Shown piece by piece: positions 1 through 9,321 of a stretch of DNA of 57,225 nt. The DNA is taken from positions 1-57,225 of the forward strand of contig CAWGRK010000011.1 of NCBI GenBank assembly GCA_963824995.1, read 5' to 3'. Origin of the DNA: an uncultured Actinomycetes bacterium (GTDB taxonomy: Bacteria; Actinomycetota; Acidimicrobiia; Spongiisociales; DATADW01). How positions within the stretch are numbered: the first letter of the stretch is position 1; each line of letters starts with the position of its first letter. A program made the position numbers and the translations under genes. A model generated the notes under the pieces. It did not search any database, was not told where the DNA came from, and worked only from the letters and a program-made list of their open reading frames with translations.

Positions 1-112
1 ATGCCTGGGGAACGGTGAAGTGGGTGTGGACATCGACCGTTTTGACAGGGGGGCTTCCCCGCCCCCGTCCGCCGGAACCGGTCCCCCCACCCCGACCAGG
101 AGTCGCCCACCG

Positions 113-982
113 TCATTCCACCGGGTTGGAGAGGACGCCGATCCCATCGACCTCCACCTCCACCACATCACCCGGCGACAGATAGCGGGGAGGGTCGAAC
201 CCGATCCCGACGCCCGCCGGGGTGCCGGTGGCAATGATGTCCCCCGGCTGGAGTGTCATCACCTCCGAGATGGTGGCGAGCAGGGTGGGCACATCGAAGA
301 TGAGATCGCCGATAGCCGCCTCCTGGCGGAGTTCTCCATTGACCCTGGTGCGCAGCCGCTGCGGTCCCAGTTCGCCCATCTCGTCGGCGGTGACGATGCA
401 CGGTCCCATCGGGCAGAAGGTGTCGGGGCTCTTCCCGAGGAACCACTGCACGTGGCGGCGCTGCACATCCCGGGCGGTGACGTCGTTGACGATGGTGTAC
501 CCGAAGACGTGGTCGAGGGCGGTGTCGGCCGACAGCCGGAAGCCGCTACGGCCGATGATGACACCGAGCTCACCTTCGTAGTCGGTGGTACCCGTCGGGT
601 CGAACCGGGTCTGGATCGCCTCGCCGGGCCCGATCACCGAACTGGGCGCCTTGGTGAACACCATCGGCTGGTCGGGGAGGTCGACGTCGCTCGAGGCGTC
701 GAAGCCCGAGGCATTGAACTCCCTGGCGTGCTCGCGGTAGTTGCGTCCCACGGCGAAGACGTTGCGGCTGGGCCTGGGTATCGGGGCGAGCAGACGCACC
801 TCGGGCACCGGGACGCGCTCGGGGTTGCGCGCCATCGCGTCGCCAAGCGCGGTAAGGGCGGCCTCGCCGCCTGCGGTCACCTCGGACATCGTGGACGAGT
901 ACCCCACCGTGGCGAGGTCGGCCACCGACTCTTCCTCCAGCACGCCGACCCTGGCGTCGTCGCCGAAGGAGACCAGCCGCAT
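113..982 (-). CDS. Fumarylacetoacetate hydrolase family protein
   Basis: Motifs GRNYREH, FTKAPSS, DYEGEL, NDVTARD, TGTPAGVG; its ATG overlaps the upstream TGA. Confidence 0.92.
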   Translation of the reverse strand: MRLVSFGDDARVGVLEEESVADLATVGYSSTMSEVTAGGEAALTALGDAMARNPERVPVPEVRLLAPIPRPSRNVFAVGRNYREHAREFNASGFDASSDVDLPDQPMVFTKAPSSVIGPGEAIQTRFDPTGTTDYEGELGVIIGRSGFRLSADTALDHVFGYTIVNDVTARDVQRRHVQWFLGKSPDTFCPMGPCIVTADEMGELGPQRLRTRVNGELRQEAAIGDLIFDVPTLLATISEVMTLQPGDIIATGTPAGVGIGFDPPRYLSPGDVVEVEVDGIGVLSNPVE

Positions 983-1965
983 CAGCGCACTTGTGCGGGG
1001 GCGTTGGTCTCGGCGCTCTCCACGATGGCTTCCAGGATGGCGGCCACGGCCACGCCTTCGGCGGCGCCGGTCTCCGGCTTGTCGCCGGTGCGGATGCAGG
1101 CGGCGAACTCCTCGAGCTCGTCGGCGACCGTGTCGATGGTGTCCACCTTCTCCTCCGACCGCTCCGAAGCACCGCGGGGCTGGATGTAGAGACGGACACC
1201 GTCACCCTCCGACCAGGCGGAGGCTTCGGTCCCGTGTGCGCCGATGGTGGTCACCGGGCCAACCGCCATCAGGGTGACCAGCGATGCCAGAGGGCCTGCT
1301 TCGAGACCGAGGACGACCGAGGTGACGTCGTCGACGTCGTACCTGCCATACACGCGCCGGCTCATGGTGAACACCTCGGTCACCGCACCGCCGAGGTACC
1401 CGATGGCATCGACCATGTGGACACCGAGCGGGGTCATCCCACCGGCGGGGAGCTGCTCGGGCTGCTGTCGCCATTCGGGGACGCTCGGCTTGAAGGCCAC
1501 GGGGACCGAGATGTGGGTCTCGATGTACTGAAGGTCCCCGAGATCACCTCCGTGGACCAACTCGGCCAGCCTCCGGTTGGCGGTCTGGCGGCGCTTGTTG
1601 TGCCCCACCTGGAGCACGACGCCGGCCGCATCGGCGGCAGCGGCGCAAGCTCTCGCCTCGTCGCCTGTGAGGGCGAGGGGCTTCTCCACGAACACGTGCT
1701 TCCGCGCCCCGGCCGCCGCCTCGACAACCTCCAGCCGCACCTGGTGCGGCGTTGCCACCAACACACCGTCGATCTCGTCGTCTGACCAGATCTCCTCGAG
1801 ATCTGACGCCGACCGGCACCCGTGCTTCTCGGCGAATTGAGCACGACTCTCCGGGTCCCGGGCAAAACAGGCGACCACGGTGGCCGACTTCGCCGCCGCC
1901 TCGGCCAGCACTCCGCCCCACCATCCCAAACCGATCGATGCCAGCCGGACCGGTGTTTCCGTCAA
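982..1965 (-). CDS. Gfo/Idh/MocA family oxidoreductase
   Basis: GLGWWG Rossmann motif and HVFVEKP; start moved to TTG at 1965 behind AGGAGG. Confidence 0.9.
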   Translation of the reverse strand: MTETPVRLASIGLGWWGGVLAEAAAKSATVVACFARDPESRAQFAEKHGCRSASDLEEIWSDDEIDGVLVATPHQVRLEVVEAAAGARKHVFVEKPLALTGDEARACAAAADAAGVVLQVGHNKRRQTANRRLAELVHGGDLGDLQYIETHISVPVAFKPSVPEWRQQPEQLPAGGMTPLGVHMVDAIGYLGGAVTEVFTMSRRVYGRYDVDDVTSVVLGLEAGPLASLVTLMAVGPVTTIGAHGTEASAWSEGDGVRLYIQPRGASERSEEKVDTIDTVADELEEFAACIRTGDKPETGAAEGVAVAAILEAIVESAETNAPAQVR

Positions 1966-1992
1966 GGTGGACCTCCTAGCGAACCGAACTCT

Positions 1993-2010
1993 TCGATCGT
2001 ATACCATGCA
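1993..2010. promoter_or_regulatory. Candidate palindromic operator (TCGATCGTATACCATGCA), GntR/FadR-like
   Basis: Lies in the divergent intergenic gap; 15/18 match to the palindrome TGCATCGTATACGATGCA shared with 21122-21139. Confidence 0.55.
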
Positions 2011-2044
2011 CGATCGCATCCCGATGGCGCGAGGAGGGCGGGGC

Positions 2045-3277
2045 ATGGCCGATCAACCGTGGAAAACGGACAGGTGGTTCTCCAGCCCGTGGAACTACCT
2101 ACCCGAGGTCACCGCCGACTTCCAGTTGCCGGAGGACCTCCAGGTACATGATGTCACGTTGCGCGACGGCGAGCAGCAAGCCGGCGTCGAGCTCAATTCC
2201 GACGACAAGCTGCGGATTGCCGAGGCGTTGTCCGAAGCCGGGATCCACCGCATCGAGGCGGGCCTCCCCGCGGTATCGCCCTCCGACGAGGCGGCGGTCC
2301 GCAAGATCGCATCGGCCGGTTTCGATTCGAGGATTTTCGCCTTCTCCCGGTGCATGGTGGGCGACGTGGAACTCGCCGCCGATTGCGGGGTCGAGGGCGT
2401 CGTCATGGAGATCCCTTCCAGCCATCACCTCATCGAGGTCGCCTACCGCTGGCCGTTGGAGAAGGCCATCGAGGCATCGGTGGAGACCACCAAGCTGGCC
2501 CACGAGCGCGGCCTCACCGTCTCCTTCTTCCCCATAGACGCCACCAGGGCGGGGATGGTGGAACTGCTCGACGATCTGGAGACGGTGGCGCGCGAGGGCC
2601 ACGTTGACACCGTCGGCCTGGTGGACACTTTCGGCGTCACCTCGCCCCACGCCATCTCCTTCTTTTCACGTCAGGTGGGGCGACGACTCGGGGTGCCGCT
2701 GGAGACCCACTTCCACATGGACTTCGGTATGGGGGTCGCCAACACGGTCCTCGCCGTCGCCGAGGGCGCCTCGGTGATCCAGACCACGGTGAGCGGGCTC
2801 GGCGAGCGGGCGGGGAACGCCCCGATGGAAGAGACCGTCCTTGCGTTGCTCACCATGTACGGGATCGACATGGGGATCAAGACCGAGCACTTCACCGGGA
2901 TCGCCCGGCTGGTGGCCGAGTTGACCGGTGTGCAGCAGCCGTCGAACCGACCGGTGACCGGGGAGCGGCTCTACCACGTCGAGTCGGGGATCATCGCCAC
3001 CTGGGTGAAGAACGCAGGCGACCAACTCACCGAGCCCTTCCCCTACCGCCCCGAACTGGTCGGCCAGCAGCAACCCGAGATCGTGCTTGGCAAGGGATCA
3101 GGGCTCGACTCGGTGGCCATCTGGCTCGATCGCCACGGGATCGAGGACGCATCGACCGCCGAGATCGAGGAGGTGCTGCGCGAGGTCAAGGCGAAGTCGC
3201 TGGAGAAGAAGGGTTTGCTCGACGACGAGGAGTTTCTCTCGATCGTCGACAAGGTGTTGCCGGGAAGAAGTACTTAG
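2045..3277 (+). CDS. DRE-TIM metallolyase, LeuA/homocitrate synthase-like (HMGL-like), no C-terminal regulatory domain
   Basis: DVTLRDGEQ, HFHMDFG, GLGERAGNA; ATG at 2045 after GAGGAGG. Confidence 0.88.
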   Translation: MADQPWKTDRWFSSPWNYLPEVTADFQLPEDLQVHDVTLRDGEQQAGVELNSDDKLRIAEALSEAGIHRIEAGLPAVSPSDEAAVRKIASAGFDSRIFAFSRCMVGDVELAADCGVEGVVMEIPSSHHLIEVAYRWPLEKAIEASVETTKLAHERGLTVSFFPIDATRAGMVELLDDLETVAREGHVDTVGLVDTFGVTSPHAISFFSRQVGRRLGVPLETHFHMDFGMGVANTVLAVAEGASVIQTTVSGLGERAGNAPMEETVLALLTMYGIDMGIKTEHFTGIARLVAELTGVQQPSNRPVTGERLYHVESGIIATWVKNAGDQLTEPFPYRPELVGQQQPEIVLGKGSGLDSVAIWLDRHGIEDASTAEIEEVLREVKAKSLEKKGLLDDEEFLSIVDKVLPGRST

Positions 3278-3383
3278 TACTTGGTACTCAGTACTCAGAT
3301 CGAACCAAATCCAAAGGCAGGCAGAGAAGCTGGTAGATCGTGGTTAGTCGGTGCCTCTTTCTAAGTACTAAGTACTAAGTACT
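3269..3383. repeat. Inverted heptamer-array cassette 1
   Basis: AGTACTT AGTACTT GGTACTC AGTACTC AG (3269-3298), 62-bp spacer, then CTAAGTA x3 CT (3361-3383), the reverse complement of the left unit. Confidence 0.9.
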
Positions 3384-3415
3384 CGAGTAGAAGAGCTAAA
3401 AACCAGGAGGGATCC

Positions 3416-4654
3416 ATGCGCGAAGCATTCGGTGTGCTCAGCACCGACTGGAAAGAGGGCATCAACTGGGCCAACGTCCGCGACTGGCGCCTGAAGCGGG
3501 CCCACGAGGCGATGGAGCGCAACGGGCTGGGGGCTCTCCTTCTCTTCTACGACGAGAACATGCGCTATGTCTCCTCGACTCTGACCCCCGGTTGGAACCG
3601 GCTCAAGCCGGGGCTCCGCTACGTCGTGCTCCCTGCCGGAAAGCCGCCCATCGTCTACGAGCAGGGCGACATCGGATTCCATCTCAAGGTTCACAACCCG
3701 TGGATCCCCGAGGAGAACATCCGCCACTCCTACGTCTGGATCAAGGGCGCCGTCGGCCCCGCCGCCGACCAGCAGGTGACCAAGTTCGTCAACGCCCTGG
3801 TCAACGATCTGGAGGAGGCCGGCGTCTCGGGTCAGCCGCTCGGGCTCGACTTCATCGACATCAACCTGATGCGCGCCTTCGAGCAGCGCGGGATCGAATG
3901 GACCGACGGCATGTCCCCGATGATGGAAGCCCGCGCCATCAAGAGCCCCGACGAGATCAAGGCCTTCTCGATCGTCGGCTCGATCTGTGACTACGTCCAC
4001 TACGAGATAACCAACTTCATCAAGCCCGGCATGACCGAGAACCAGGTCGCCGCCTTCGGATTCGAGAAGCTGTACTCGATCCCGGGGATGGAGGACGTCG
4101 AGGACGTCATCGTCTCATCGGGCCCCAACGCCTGGCCCAACTGGCGCAACTTCTCCGACCGGATGATCCGCCCCGGGGAGTTGGTCATCGTGGACCTGGC
4201 GGCGCTCACCTGGAACGGGTTCAAGTCGTGCGTCTACCGGACCTACTGCGTCGGCGGCAAGCCCACAGACGAGCACCAGAAGACATACGACGCGGCCCAC
4301 AAGTGGCTCTGGGACTCGATCGAGGCGACCAAACCAGGGGTGACCACGGCCGACGTCGCCTCCAAGTGGCCATCGGCCAAGGAGGCGTGGGGGTACGAAG
4401 AGGAAGACCAGGCTGCGGCCAACAACTGGGGACACGGTCTGGGTCTCGCCCAGTACGACCCCCCGGTGATCTCACGGATCTGGTCGCTCGACCACCCCGT
4501 CGAGATCGAGCCGGGCATGACCTTCGCCCTGGAGACCCAAAACGGCAAACTCCACGATCACGGTGTCCGTCTCGAGGAGATGCTCTACGTCACCGACACC
4601 GGGATCGAGATGGTCTCCACCTACAAGCAACACGAGATCATCGTTGTGGACTGA
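3416..4654 (+). CDS. M24 (Xaa-Pro peptidase/creatinase-like) family protein 1
   Basis: ARAIKSPDEI, GHGLGL, FALET, VRLEE; RBS AGGAGG. Confidence 0.9.
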   Translation: MREAFGVLSTDWKEGINWANVRDWRLKRAHEAMERNGLGALLLFYDENMRYVSSTLTPGWNRLKPGLRYVVLPAGKPPIVYEQGDIGFHLKVHNPWIPEENIRHSYVWIKGAVGPAADQQVTKFVNALVNDLEEAGVSGQPLGLDFIDINLMRAFEQRGIEWTDGMSPMMEARAIKSPDEIKAFSIVGSICDYVHYEITNFIKPGMTENQVAAFGFEKLYSIPGMEDVEDVIVSSGPNAWPNWRNFSDRMIRPGELVIVDLAALTWNGFKSCVYRTYCVGGKPTDEHQKTYDAAHKWLWDSIEATKPGVTTADVASKWPSAKEAWGYEEEDQAAANNWGHGLGLAQYDPPVISRIWSLDHPVEIEPGMTFALETQNGKLHDHGVRLEEMLYVTDTGIEMVSTYKQHEIIVVD

Positions 4655-4783
4655 AGACGGAAGGCGGAAGACGGAAGGCGGAAATGTCGTTCCGTCGCCC
4701 CGCGTTGACCGACGGCCCGCCCTGTCCGTTCCGTCTCCCCGTAGGGGGGAAGGGACCCGCTGCGGAGCAGCGGGTAGGGGGGC
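4653..4783. repeat. Heptamer array (GAAGRCG x4) followed by GC-rich REP-like hairpins
   Basis: GAAGACG GAAGGCG GAAGACG GAAGGCG at 4653-4680; perfect stem ACCCGCTGC-GGA-GCAGCGGGT at 4755-4775. Confidence 0.8.
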
Positions 4784-4804
4784 TGACGGACTCCCAACGG
4801 TGCG

Positions 4805-6448
4805 ATGAATCCTCTCGTCATCGATCTCGACGACGACCTTGCTGCCGATCCCACTGTCGCCGGGGCCAAGGCGGCTTGGCTCGCCAAGGGTCGGCGGTCC
4901 GGGCTACCCGTGCTCCCAGGGGTGGTGGTGACGGTGCCGGCGTCGGCGACCCATGTAGCCACCGGGGTGGACGCCCTCCGACGCCGAGGCTCCGGTGGTG
5001 CCCGGCTCGAGGTCTCCCGGCATCCACTCTCTGCTGCCCTCGCCGCCGATCTGGCAAAGGTCGTCTTGGGGGAGCCTCTCGTCGTCCGCTCATCGAGCCC
5101 GCTGGAGAAGCCCGGCATCTGGTCGGGCGCGTTCACCTCCTACCTCGGTATCGGCCGGGATGATCTCCCCGTCGCCGTCACCGGGTGCTGGGCATCGATG
5201 TTCTCCCCCGCGGCCATCGACCGTCAGGTAGCGATGGGGATCGAGCCCGGTTCCGTCGCTCTCGCCGTACTGGTGCAGCCCGAGGTTTCCCCGGAGTGGA
5301 GCGGGGTGGCCCGGCTCGACGGCTCCTCGGTGCTGATCGATGCAGTCGAGGGGCCACCGGCGCCACTCGTCCAGGGGTGGGCGACCGGGATCCGGGCCGT
5401 GGTGGACAGCGATGGCGCCATCGAAGGCGGGAACGATGCGATCGCACCCGCCCGACTCGGTGCACTCGCCGATCTGATGCGTGCGGCCGGCTTGACCATC
5501 GGCGCCACCGTCGCCGAGTGGGCCTGGACCGCGGCTGGCCCCACACTTCTCCAACTGGGACCGAGCCCGGTGCGCCAGCGGCCGGTACCGGCACCGCCGC
5601 CACTGGCGATACCACTGGAGCGCGCCGCATCGATCGCGCGTCTGGTTAGTCGCTACCCGGGTCCATTGGGCGAGGCGATGGTCCTCGGTTGGGCGATCAC
5701 CGCCCCCGATACATGGCTCGACCCGGTGCCGCCCGCCGGATCAGACCCGGCCGATGCGTGGCGGGAGGCGCAGGAGCTCGCTGGCCGGCTCGCCTCTCGA
5801 ACCTGGGGAATGCCTCCAGAGTCCGCAGGTGAGCATGCCCGTGGACTGCTCCGTTCGCTACGTAGCGATCGGCCAGACTTGGCATCGATCGACCACGGTC
5901 ATCAGGTGAGCGAGGCCGACGGGCGCCACCTGCTCGCCCTGCTCGGGTCCGTGCTCCAACATCTCGATGGCATGGACGTCGAACTCGTCTGGCGTCTCGA
6001 GATGGCCGAGGTGACCGCCATGATGGGTGGCGCCGAAGCACCCCCAAACGGGCGAGTCGGATTCGACCGGTGGGAGCCGTTTGAAGCGGCGGTGACCATG
6101 GCCACCGGTCGTCGTGCCGGAGGGGTTCCCGCCTCCGCCGGGCTGGGCTGGGGCCGGCTCGCATTCGTCCACCCGGAACGGATCGAACCCGTTCGATCCC
6201 GCCAGGTGGTGGCTGCGCAGTACCCGGTGCCGCAGCTCGGCCCCCTTCTGTGGGACGCCGCCGGGCTGGTGACGGCCGGCGGCAGTCCAGCCGCCCACCT
6301 CTTCGAATCGGCCCGGGCTCTTGGGATCCCCGCGGTGTGCGGCGTCGATTTCTCTGACCTGTTGGAAATGACACCTGCGGAGGCAACCGGGCGGGTTGCC
6401 ATCGCGGTCGACGGCACCGAAGGTTCGGTGGGGACCGTTCCATGGTGA
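4805..6448 (+). CDS. PEP-utilising enzyme family phosphotransferase (PPDK_N ATP-grasp plus C-terminal His swivel domain)
   Basis: GAKAAWL, VVRSSS, CWASMFS, AVLVQ; C-terminal GGSPAAHLFESARALGIPAV. Confidence 0.8.
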   Translation: MNPLVIDLDDDLAADPTVAGAKAAWLAKGRRSGLPVLPGVVVTVPASATHVATGVDALRRRGSGGARLEVSRHPLSAALAADLAKVVLGEPLVVRSSSPLEKPGIWSGAFTSYLGIGRDDLPVAVTGCWASMFSPAAIDRQVAMGIEPGSVALAVLVQPEVSPEWSGVARLDGSSVLIDAVEGPPAPLVQGWATGIRAVVDSDGAIEGGNDAIAPARLGALADLMRAAGLTIGATVAEWAWTAAGPTLLQLGPSPVRQRPVPAPPPLAIPLERAASIARLVSRYPGPLGEAMVLGWAITAPDTWLDPVPPAGSDPADAWREAQELAGRLASRTWGMPPESAGEHARGLLRSLRSDRPDLASIDHGHQVSEADGRHLLALLGSVLQHLDGMDVELVWRLEMAEVTAMMGGAEAPPNGRVGFDRWEPFEAAVTMATGRRAGGVPASAGLGWGRLAFVHPERIEPVRSRQVVAAQYPVPQLGPLLWDAAGLVTAGGSPAAHLFESARALGIPAVCGVDFSDLLEMTPAEATGRVAIAVDGTEGSVGTVPW

Positions 6449-6457
6449 GGAGGGAAG

Positions 6458-7336
6458 ATGGCTGAAACGATCGGCGTCGTGGGGCTTGGGGTCATGGGCT
6501 CCGCCATGGCGGGCCATCTCATTGCCGCCGGGTTCGAGATCCATGGCTTCGACATCGATGCGGACAAGGTCGCCCGATTCGCAGAGATGGGAGGGACCCC
6601 CGAATCATCGGCGACCGCGGTGGCGTCCCGCTCCGGGATCGTCCTTTTCTCGCTACCAACGGTGGAGGCGCTCGACCGGGTGGCAGAGGACGTGGCGAAG
6701 GGGGCACGCCCCGGCCTGATCGCGGTAGAGATGGGGACGCTCCCCATCGAGGCGAAGCAGCGGGCCAGGGCCCTGCTAGCCGACTCCGGCGTCGAGTTGA
6801 TGGACGTCCCGGTGAGCGGCACCGGCCTCCAGGCCGCCGATGCCACGCTGGTCATCCTGGCATCCGGCTCCGCCGAGGCCTTCGAGCGGGCCAGACCTGT
6901 CTTCGAGGTGATCGGACGGTCGACCCACTACCTGGGTGAGTTCGGCAACGGGTCGGTGATGAAGTACATCGCCAATCTGTTGGTGGCGGTGCACAACCTC
7001 TCGACCGCCGAGGCCCATGCCCTTGGCATCGCTGCCGGGATCGACCCCGAGACGGTGCAGCGGGTGACCAGCGACGGCGTCGGGTCCTCGCGGATATTCG
7101 AGATCCGCGGCCCGATGATGGTGGCGGACGAGTACCTGCCCGCCTCGGCCCGGCTCGACATCATCCTCAAGGACGCCCGGATCATCAAGACTTTCGCCGA
7201 AGCGGTCGGGGCACCGACCCCCCTGCTCGACGCCGCCATCCCGGTCTACGAGGATTCAGCCGCTGCGGGGTTGGGAGACCTCGACGCCGCCGCGCTGTGC
7301 CGGTTCCTCGAGCAGAAGGCAGAACTGGAGCGATGA
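6458..7336 (+). CDS. NAD(P)-dependent oxidoreductase, 3-hydroxyisobutyrate dehydrogenase family
   Basis: GLGVMGSAMA, DVPVSG, MKYIAN. Confidence 0.92.
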   Translation: MAETIGVVGLGVMGSAMAGHLIAAGFEIHGFDIDADKVARFAEMGGTPESSATAVASRSGIVLFSLPTVEALDRVAEDVAKGARPGLIAVEMGTLPIEAKQRARALLADSGVELMDVPVSGTGLQAADATLVILASGSAEAFERARPVFEVIGRSTHYLGEFGNGSVMKYIANLLVAVHNLSTAEAHALGIAAGIDPETVQRVTSDGVGSSRIFEIRGPMMVADEYLPASARLDIILKDARIIKTFAEAVGAPTPLLDAAIPVYEDSAAAGLGDLDAAALCRFLEQKAELER

Positions 7337-8349
7337 GCAGCAGCCTCCCGTACACGAGGAGCGAGGCCAAGCAGTGGGCCGCCGAGACATTCCACGGTGC
7401 CTGCAACGTCATCATCCCGTCGTACTCCTCCGACCTCCGGTCGCTCAACGAGGCCGGAATCCGACACGACGTGAGACGCAACATCGAACTCGGTTTCTGG
7501 GGGACGCTGCTGGTCTCCGAGGGAGGGACGACCGCAGACGAGATGCGCCGGTTCATGGAGATCGCGGTGGACGAGGCCGCAGGACGGCAGCGGCTCGTCC
7601 TCCAGGGAACGTTCGACACCGTCGCCGACACCGTGGGGATGGCCAAAGACGGCACCGCCATCGGGGTGGACGCCTTGTTGCTAGGGCACCCCAACAGCTT
7701 CTACCCCGCCGACGCCGCCGCGGTCGAGGCCTACACCGAGGAGGTGTGCACCGGGACCGATCTGGCGGTGATCCTCTTCATCGTCGAGCACTCCAACCTG
7801 CGACGCCTCGACGTCCGCGGCTTCCCCTCCGAGGCCCTGGTGAGGATGGCGGGACTGGAAACCGTCGTCGCGGTCAAGTACGAAGTCGGTCGTGAACAGC
7901 CGACCAACACATGGGAGGCGTTCACCAAGCTCCAGAAGACCGGGGTCCTCCTCTCCGACCCCATGGAGTTCCACGCCCCGCTCTGGGTGGAGCGGTTCGG
8001 CATGCAATGGATTGGGACGAGCAACTACGAGTACTACGGCGACGCCGTACCACGGATGATGGAGATGCTCTGCTCGGGTGAGACCGAAAAGGCCATGGAC
8101 CTTTATTGGCAGATCGAACCGGCGCGCCGGGCACGGGCGGCGACCACCGGGTCGGGGGCCAACCTGGTGCACCGCTATCTCTGGAAGTTCCAGGCATGGC
8201 TCAACGGCTACAACGGCGGTCCGCTTCGTCAGCCGATGATGAAGCTGTCCGAGCGCCAGATGAAGCTCGCCGCAGACGGAGTGCGTGCCGCCGGCATCGC
8301 TCCCGCCGACGAGCCGTTCGCCGACTTCTTCACCGGCCGCAACCCGTGA
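7333..8349 (+). CDS. Dihydrodipicolinate synthase (DapA)-like aldolase family protein
   Basis: Barrel-like pattern with Schiff-base Lys in VAVKYE; ATGA overlap with the previous gene. Confidence 0.75.
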   Translation: MSSSLPYTRSEAKQWAAETFHGACNVIIPSYSSDLRSLNEAGIRHDVRRNIELGFWGTLLVSEGGTTADEMRRFMEIAVDEAAGRQRLVLQGTFDTVADTVGMAKDGTAIGVDALLLGHPNSFYPADAAAVEAYTEEVCTGTDLAVILFIVEHSNLRRLDVRGFPSEALVRMAGLETVVAVKYEVGREQPTNTWEAFTKLQKTGVLLSDPMEFHAPLWVERFGMQWIGTSNYEYYGDAVPRMMEMLCSGETEKAMDLYWQIEPARRARAATTGSGANLVHRYLWKFQAWLNGYNGGPLRQPMMKLSERQMKLAADGVRAAGIAPADEPFADFFTGRNP

Positions 8350-9321
8350 TCCGGATCCTCGACGGCGAGGCGGTGGACCGCCTGCTCGAACCGAGGCTGG
8401 CGCTCGAAGCCATGACCGAGTTGTTCGCCATGCCGGCTGATTCCCAGGGATACGGGAGGATCGATCTCCACCACGGCAGAGGCTGGATGCGGGTCCTCCC
8501 CGGCTTCCTCGAGCAGGTGTTCGGCTACAAGATGCTCAACCGCACCGCTGATGTGGGAATGAGGTATGTGATCCACATCCACGACCTGAATAGTGGAGCG
8601 CTGCGGGGCATGGTCGATGGGTTGGCCGTGACCAACGCCCGAACCGGGGCGGTGACGGCGCTTGCCGCCGATCGCTTGGCGGTCCCCAGGGTCGAGGTCG
8701 CCGCCCTGATCGGGACGGGGCCGGTGGCCAGGGGCCAGTTGCAGGCGCTCGACCTGGTCAGACCTGCTGCGGTCACCAGAGTCTTCTCCCCCACGCCTGC
8801 CGCGGAGGGAGGCGCTCGTCGAGGAGATGAGCGAAACGACCACCGGCGAGTTGGTCGTGGCGGACTCGGTCGAATCGGCCATCGAGGGGGCGCAGATGGT
8901 GACTCTCGCCACAAATGCCACGTCCCCGGTGCTGACAGCCGAGCATCTCCAACCGGGGATGCACGTCAACTCGGTCGGCCCGGCGAGCAGGGACCGCCAA
9001 GAGATCGATCCGGAAGCCTTCCGGCGCTTCGACCGGGTCGTGTGCGACAGCGTGGACCTCGTGCTCACCGAGGCCGGCGATGCCATCGCCGCAGCCGAGC
9101 GCGGCTCGATCAGCCCTGGGAGTGCCCTCGATCTGGCAACGATGCTGAGCGGGAACGATGGCCGGCGGTCGGACGACGAGATCACGCTGTTCAAGTCGGT
9201 CGGGACCGGCCTACAGGACCTGATACTGGCGTTACGGCTCCTCGAGGAGGCAGAGCGGGCCGGTATCGGTCTCGAGATCGAAGACTTCGTCACCGTCAAG
9301 CCATTCGGGGTGAACAGATGA
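8346..9321 (+). CDS. Ornithine cyclodeaminase/mu-crystallin family protein (frameshift near 8800)
   Basis: TNARTGA and IGTGPVA in one frame; GMHVNSVG and TLFKSVGTGLQD in ORF 8827-9321. Confidence 0.85.

Noticed and set aside
20..1189. Long antisense and alternate-frame ORFs here and throughout (e.g. 29433-30863, 42060-43469, 46313-47914)
   Set aside because: Shadow ORFs expected at high GC opposite well-supported genes
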